A stretch of 10,818 nt of DNA from a virus (taxonomy: Duplodnaviria > Heunggongvirae > Uroviricota > Caudoviricetes). The translations under genes and the position numbers were made by a program. The stretch lies in the IMG/VR virus record IMGVR_UViG_3300029816_000030. One strand, given 5' to 3'. The notes beneath the pieces were generated by a model that saw nothing but the letters and a program-made list of their open reading frames with translations, did not search any database and had not been told where the DNA came from. Positions 6,676-10,818 of the stretch are shown in pieces. The stretch's first letter is position 1, and each line of letters starts with the position of its first letter.

Positions 6676-7348
6676 CACTTTGCTTTGAAAATGCCGCCTT
6701 TTGTTTTGAACGTGTTCTCATTACAAACAATAAAGCCTCACTATCCAGTCGGTGAAAAATGTGTTTCATTGCAACCCAGTGACGAGTAAATGTTTTGGAC
6801 CAGTTTTTAGTTGTCACTCCCGCCAGTAATGCCAGCTCCTGGTATTCATAACCTTCCCCACCAAAAAGTTCTGCTTTTACTGCCTGCGCCGCCAGCCAGA
6901 TTAATTTTTTCAGGCGTTCCTGCGTTTTCCCTGCAATTTTTTTGGTACCGGATTGAGTATTAAATTCATTCCACGCCCACTGTGTTATCGCGATCTGATA
7001 TTCCCAACAAATACTCCCGCTGTAACACCACAACAACCAGGCTTTATGATGTTCTTCAAGAGACAGAACAGCCCGCCGCCACGATGATGTCGAAAACTCA
7101 ACCGGACTGACGAGAGGAATTGACGTCCCCTTCGCCAGCGATTGCTTTCCCGGGATTGGTGGATTATCCCGCGTTATCATTTTTCCAGTCACTTCATCGC
7201 GGTACCGGATTTTTTTACGCCTGTAACGCCCTGTATCAAACATGGCATTCTCCTGCCAGGCCTCAAGCTGCCCTTTTGTTGATCCACTCAAATCGGCGGT
7301 GGCAATCATGAGTTGCTCACGAACAAACTGTAAATACTGGTTATTCAT
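6659..7348 (-). CDS. putative late-gene antiterminator Q (QuuQ-like)
   Basis: 229-aa ORF, ATG overlapping the rusA stop (ATGA); immediately upstream of a pR'-like promoter, short terminated transcript and the lysis genes. Assignment is mainly positional; the sequence was not confirmed by search. Confidence 0.5.
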   Translation of the reverse strand: MNNQYLQFVREQLMIATADLSGSTKGQLEAWQENAMFDTGRYRRKKIRYRDEVTGKMITRDNPPIPGKQSLAKGTSIPLVSPVEFSTSSWRRAVLSLEEHHKAWLLWCYSGSICWEYQIAITQWAWNEFNTQSGTKKIAGKTQERLKKLIWLAAQAVKAELFGGEGYEYQELALLAGVTTKNWSKTFTRHWVAMKHIFHRLDSEALLFVMRTRSKQKAAFSKQSVAKVD

Positions 7349-7704
7349 GCGTACTCCAGTTCTGTGATTTTTATCCCCAACCGCCCACCAGGAACAAGCT
7401 GACCGCGCACAATATTAATTTCATCAAACTGCTCGTCGTCTATGAGCAGCCCCGCATGCGTCAGTGCATCCAGTGGTGCCTTCAGGATATTGTCCAGGTC
7501 ACGACGGCGCTTATCCGGTGGCTCTGCAATAATTTTTATTGCCAGCCTTCCGGACAGGTTTAATTTCAGTTGCTGCTGGCGAACAATAAGCGCCACATCA
7601 CGGCGATAACGCTCACCGACTTTTGATACAAAATATGTGCTGCCACGACGCCGCCAGTAGGTGTTCACCGTTGGCGGGTAAGGCAAAACAAACTCTATAC
7701 GCAT
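7345..7704 (-). CDS. rusA: RusA-family Holliday junction resolvase
   Basis: 119 aa, ATG with AGAGG Shine-Dalgarno; conserved PDKRRRDLDNILKAPLDALTHAGLLIDDEQ matches the RusA catalytic region (E. coli RusA has PDRRRRDLDN). Confidence 0.85.
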   Translation of the reverse strand: MRIEFVLPYPPTVNTYWRRRGSTYFVSKVGERYRRDVALIVRQQQLKLNLSGRLAIKIIAEPPDKRRRDLDNILKAPLDALTHAGLLIDDEQFDEINIVRGQLVPGGRLGIKITELEYA

Positions 7705-7716
7705 CAGTAACCTCTT

Positions 7717-8766
7717 TTACCCGAGCACGCCGGTTGCAAAGGCGTGATCAAGAAAACGAAAAATTAAATCAATCTGGGAACCATGCTTTTCTTCGAACGC
7801 CAGCGGATCCGCATGAAGCTCGTTGTGATGCTCCCGACACAGCGGTAGCGTGAAAATATCGTGGGCCTTTGTTCCCATCCCTCCCTGACCGTGACCAATC
7901 AGGTGATGGGGATCGTCGGCTGGCTGACCACAACACGCACACGGCTGTGTCTTCACCCAGCTCGTATATTTCTCATTTACCCAACGGCGACGTTTAGGTC
8001 GCCTCATGAAAGATTCCGGAGACTCCGGATCAACGGTAATGCTGACCACCGCCTTTTCCTGTGCTGGGTTCTGTGGCTGGTGGGTGTGAAGCAACGGCGC
8101 AAGATTTTTTGTGCGCTGCTTCAGTATGCTGGTGGCGGTCTGCTCTCCCGGTACGATGTCGCTTTCGCGGTACAAGGAGCGGATTTTTTCCGCACGCAAC
8201 CCCAGTGAACGACGTAATACAGCTTCCGGTAGCGCGTCCGCCACCTGATTGCGGACCGCCCACCAGGATAATTCAGCCAGAGATAATTCACGCTCCTGCG
8301 TACCGCTTATTGCGTGACCGATGACGTCAATCATCCATGCTGACAGGTTTTGATGAGCAAGTTGCTCGAGTGATTCGGATGTCTGGTCACGCAGCTGGTT
8401 GTCGCAGTGCCAGCACAACACCATTGCGCCGGTACCATAACGGTGAATGACGGTTTCACTGTGGTGATAATCACCGTGTGGCCACTGGCAGGATTTAACA
8501 TGGCGCAGTAACCAGTCAGACAATGCGCCAGCGCCACCAGCAGCACGAATCACACGCTCATTGCTGAAAAACCGCAGTAATGATTTATCCTCCGCCAGCG
8601 GCTGGCGAACGGCAGGGACGATGCCGGACGGCAGACCACGCATGCTTTTCGGTTCCGGCTCCACCAGCACTCGAGGGTTATGGAATACCTGCATGGATTC
8701 ACGGCCTGGTTTAAGGACCACCAGCCCAAGTTCCGGTACCGGAACAGGTCGAAGTAATACCCGCAC
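7717..8766 (-). CDS. DUF968-like protein (YdfU-like) with C-terminal HNH-like zinc-finger motif
   Basis: 349-aa ORF from a GTG start at 8766 with GGAGG 4 nt upstream (first in-frame ATG is codon 25); C-terminus CACCGQPADDPHHLIGHGQGG...LPLCREHHNELH resembles an HNH nuclease; same position as ydfU in Qin as I recall. Confidence 0.6.
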   Translation of the reverse strand: MRVLLRPVPVPELGLVVLKPGRESMQVFHNPRVLVEPEPKSMRGLPSGIVPAVRQPLAEDKSLLRFFSNERVIRAAGGAGALSDWLLRHVKSCQWPHGDYHHSETVIHRYGTGAMVLCWHCDNQLRDQTSESLEQLAHQNLSAWMIDVIGHAISGTQERELSLAELSWWAVRNQVADALPEAVLRRSLGLRAEKIRSLYRESDIVPGEQTATSILKQRTKNLAPLLHTHQPQNPAQEKAVVSITVDPESPESFMRRPKRRRWVNEKYTSWVKTQPCACCGQPADDPHHLIGHGQGGMGTKAHDIFTLPLCREHHNELHADPLAFEEKHGSQIDLIFRFLDHAFATGVLG

Positions 8767-8767
8767 G

Positions 8768-9046
8768 TTACCTCCAGATGCGTTGCTGGAATGTGCGGGA
8801 CGGACGCGGTGGGCGCTCGGAGTACGGCAGCCTGACGTAGATTATCCAGTGACGATAATCGAGGCTGAGGGCTTTCTTAACCTCGTATCCACGCCTGCGG
8901 TAACACTGAATTATCCATTCAGCCTGCTCTTCAGTGCATGGAGGATGCTGGAACCAGTCTGATTTGAATGCGTGAAAACGCCGTCCGCACCTGCTGGCAA
9001 AGACGGCAGAATCATTAGAATTGTGTAATTTGGTATCGTGCGCCAT
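8768..9046 (-). CDS. hypothetical small protein (92 aa from first ATG)
   Basis: ORF track gives 135 aa from GTG at 9175, but a strong terminator hairpin (9117-9145) lies inside that extension, so the internal ATG at 9046-9044 (MAHDTKLHNSN...) is more plausible; weak Shine-Dalgarno; Cys/His-rich (CGRRFH, PPCTEE, QCY). Confidence 0.4.
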   Translation of the reverse strand: MAHDTKLHNSNDSAVFASRCGRRFHAFKSDWFQHPPCTEEQAEWIIQCYRRRGYEVKKALSLDYRHWIIYVRLPYSERPPRPSRTFQQRIWR

Positions 9047-9116
9047 CGGTTGTCTCTGCTGGCGCAGCAGGTGCCAGTTGTTCAGGCTGGCGTGCGAATT
9101 GTAAACCAGAATGCCA

Positions 9117-9145
9117 GGAAAAAACAAAACCCGCCGAAGCGGGTT
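9117..9145 (-). terminator. rho-independent terminator downstream of hok
   Basis: On the minus strand: AACCCGC-ttcg-GCGGGTT followed by TTGTTTTTTCC; GC-rich 7-bp stem with tetraloop; located about 70 nt after the hok stop. Confidence 0.65.
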
Positions 9146-9213
9146 AAGTGCGGGTGCGTTGAGGATGCCTGACACATCAGAGGTGGCGAGGGATTTCTCC
9201 CCCGCCTGGTCTC

Positions 9214-9369
9214 TTACTCCTCAGGTTCGTAAGCTGTGAAGACAGCGACCTCCGTCTGGCCGGTTCGGATTCGTACCTCGCAGAGGTCTTTCCTCGTTAC
9301 CAGTGCCGTCACTATGACGGTTAAACAGATGACGATCAGGGCGATTAACATCGCCTTTTGCTGCTTCAT
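9214..9369 (-). CDS. hokD: Hok/Gef-family type I toxin (HokD/RelF-like, 51 aa)
   Basis: MKQQKAMLIALIVICLTVIVTALVTRKDLCEVRIRTGQTEVAVFTAYEPEE matches HokD/RelF as I recall it; ATG at 9369 preceded by AAGGAG Shine-Dalgarno; the ORF track's 70-aa version (to 9426) is an in-frame upstream extension. Confidence 0.8.
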   Translation of the reverse strand: MKQQKAMLIALIVICLTVIVTALVTRKDLCEVRIRTGQTEVAVFTAYEPEE

Positions 9370-9545
9370 AGCCTGCTTCTCCTTGCCTTTCGGCACGTAA
9401 GAGGCTAACCTACATGTGTTCAGCATGGATTGAGCCTCAGATTAATGTTAAGCGTCTTGCAGGACGCGTAATGTTAACTGGGGCTTTTCTCTATCTGCCT
9501 TTTGGTGTTCATGCCTGAGGCAGATAGCCTCAAGCACCCGCAGCA

Positions 9546-9574
9546 ATTCTACTTAACTCACGTCACCTCGCCAA
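9546..9574 (-). promoter_or_regulatory. candidate sigma70 promoter for the hok transcript
   Basis: Minus strand: TTGGCG (-35, 9574-9569), 17-bp spacer, TAGAAT (-10, 9551-9546); would give a leader of about 170 nt before hok and a transcript of about 400 nt ending at the 9117-9145 terminator. Confidence 0.35.
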
Positions 9575-9606
9575 TATGAAATCAATCAGAAAGGTGATCC
9601 ATAAAA

Positions 9607-10293
9607 TCACTCCTTCTCTTCTTTTCCGTAGTGGAGTTGGCCAATTTTGATAAGAGGGCGCCCCTGAGATTTGCGGTGTAGATTGGTATCGCGCAGAGAA
9701 TACACACAGCCACAATATTCCTGCTGATAGAATTTTTCGCGCTTGCTGATTTCAATCATACGGGACGAGCCGCCCTGCTTGCGCCAGTTATAATCCCAGT
9801 ACACCATACCCGGATAATGCGCAACAGCTCGCCGCCCACACTCGTTAACCTGCTGCATATTTTTCCAGCGTGAAATGCCCAGTGAACTGCTGATCACACT
9901 GAAACCATTTTCAGCAGCGTACAACGCTGTCCGCTCAAAACGCATGTCAAAACACATGGTACAACGGATCCCCCTCTCAGGCTCCCATTCCATTCCTTTG
10001 GCACGTTCAAACCAGTTGTCGGTGTCGTAATCAGCATCGATAAACGGCACGCCGTGTTGTTCAGCAAAGCGAATATTTTCATCCTTACGAATTAAATACT
10101 CTTTCTGAGGATGAATGTTCGGGTTGTAGAAAAAGATGGTGTAGTCGATTCCCGAGGCCTGAAGCGCCTCCATCACTTCACCGGAACATGGAGCACAGCA
10201 AGAGTGCAGTAGTAGTTTGTTTGCCCCGTTTGGGAGCTCCAATTTAGGCCGTTTGAAATCAGCAATAGTCATAAATATTTTTATTGGGGTCAT
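9607..10293 (-). CDS. QueH-like (DUF208) putative epoxyqueuosine reductase
   Basis: 228-aa ORF, ATG start (alternative ATG at codon 8); N-terminal [11 protein letters not shown] and C-terminal EYCGCVYS cysteine motifs as I recall for DUF208/QueH; no clear Shine-Dalgarno; flanked by 153-bp and 180-bp non-coding gaps. Confidence 0.5.
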   Translation of the reverse strand: MTPIKIFMTIADFKRPKLELPNGANKLLLHSCCAPCSGEVMEALQASGIDYTIFFYNPNIHPQKEYLIRKDENIRFAEQHGVPFIDADYDTDNWFERAKGMEWEPERGIRCTMCFDMRFERTALYAAENGFSVISSSLGISRWKNMQQVNECGRRAVAHYPGMVYWDYNWRKQGGSSRMIEISKREKFYQQEYCGCVYSLRDTNLHRKSQGRPLIKIGQLHYGKEEKE

Positions 10294-10446
10294 GAAAATA
10301 GCACAGAGTGTAGCATCAGAGCAGGGCTATCGGGAATATATGTCTAAATCTGGTAATATCTGGTTTTGACGCAAAGCGGACAACCACGCTGGCTCTACCC
10401 TGCGCCATGAAAATGTCAATTCACATCTGAACTAATGCTCTTTAAT

Positions 10447-10746
10447 CTAGTAACGTCTAAAATACCTAACATTTCCTTGATAAAATGCCAGTACACGCTG
10501 CATAGCTTCGCTCTTCCGGCACTCGCGACAGATTATATTCAGGCGCCTGTCGTAGCGGCGTATTTCGCCGTCTGGTAACGACCAGATAAGGTCCGGATCA
10601 ACCGCAGATGGTTTATTCAGCTTTGCCCTTGAGAGCTTTTTACGGGCATTTTGCCAGTCCTTACGCGCCTGTTCAGACGGGAATAACCCGTAACCAGAGT
10701 TGTATACATCGCCACTGGCAACCAGCTCTCTGGCCAGAACACTCAT
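10447..10746 (-). CDS. hypothetical phage protein (99 aa), basic
   Basis: ATG start; its ATG overlaps the stop of an upstream ORF (TGATG); Arg/Lys-rich (ARKKLSRAKLNK, RRYDRRL, CRECRK); no family recognised. Confidence 0.5.
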   Translation of the reverse strand: MSVLARELVASGDVYNSGYGLFPSEQARKDWQNARKKLSRAKLNKPSAVDPDLIWSLPDGEIRRYDRRLNIICRECRKSEAMQRVLAFYQGNVRYFRRY

Positions 10747-10818
10747 CAGATATCTTGTTGCCCCAGTTTTAGCTTCCAGTTGTCGTAACGTCTCGCGCCC
10801 ACTCTGGCGTACGAGTTC
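10746..10818 (-). CDS. 3' end of an upstream phage ORF running off the window (C-terminal 23 codons)
   Basis: Open frame from the window edge, ...NSYARVGARRYDNWKLKLGQQDI, stop TGA at 10748-10746 overlapping the next gene's ATG; identity unknown. Confidence 0.3.
   Translation of the reverse strand, partial: NSYARVGARRYDNWKLKLGQQDI

Noticed and set aside
7861-8546. ORFs 7861-8208 (+), 8030-8263 (-), 8061-8324 (+) and 8331-8546 (-) within the DUF968 gene
   Set aside because: Alternative-frame or antisense shadows of the 349-aa ORF; low-complexity Gly/Pro/Arg-rich translations without start signals.
8768-9175. 135-aa version of the small ORF upstream of DUF968
   Set aside because: The start at 9175 is GTG and the extension contains a strong rho-independent terminator hairpin (9117-9145) belonging to the hok transcript; the internal ATG at 9046 is preferred, though its Shine-Dalgarno is weak.
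9214-9426. 70-aa ORF read as a single Hok-like protein
   Set aside because: The conserved Hok sequence begins at the internal ATG (9369), which has a strong AAGGAG Shine-Dalgarno; the upstream 19 codons are more likely a mok-like leader ORF or untranslated leader.

Overview
This window reads as a segment of a lambdoid prophage resembling E. coli Qin, with nearly every gene on the minus strand, so phage transcription runs from high to low coordinates. In that order: a partial ORF and a 99-aa ORF, a QueH/DUF208-like gene, a hok-family toxin locus, a strong terminator, a small ORF, a DUF968 protein, RusA, a Q-like antiterminator with a pR'/pause/tR' module, a five-tRNA cluster with its own promoter, and the lysis cassette (pinholin, YdfR-like protein, endolysin, Rz/Rz1). 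A plus-strand AT-rich GNAT-like moron follows, then an HK97-type packaging module (66-aa ORF, HNH endonuclease, 147-bp putative cos gap, TerS, TerL). The most notable items are the QueH-like gene sitting in the same prophage as a phage-borne tRNA-Tyr, the tRNA cluster itself (which mirrors host thrU-tyrU-glyT and includes one atypical tRNA), the GNAT moron, and an apparently self-contained hok locus lacking relBE. All family assignments come from motifs and remembered sequences; no database search or folding program was run. The ORF track reports GTG/TTG starts as M, so several starts were re-examined by hand.
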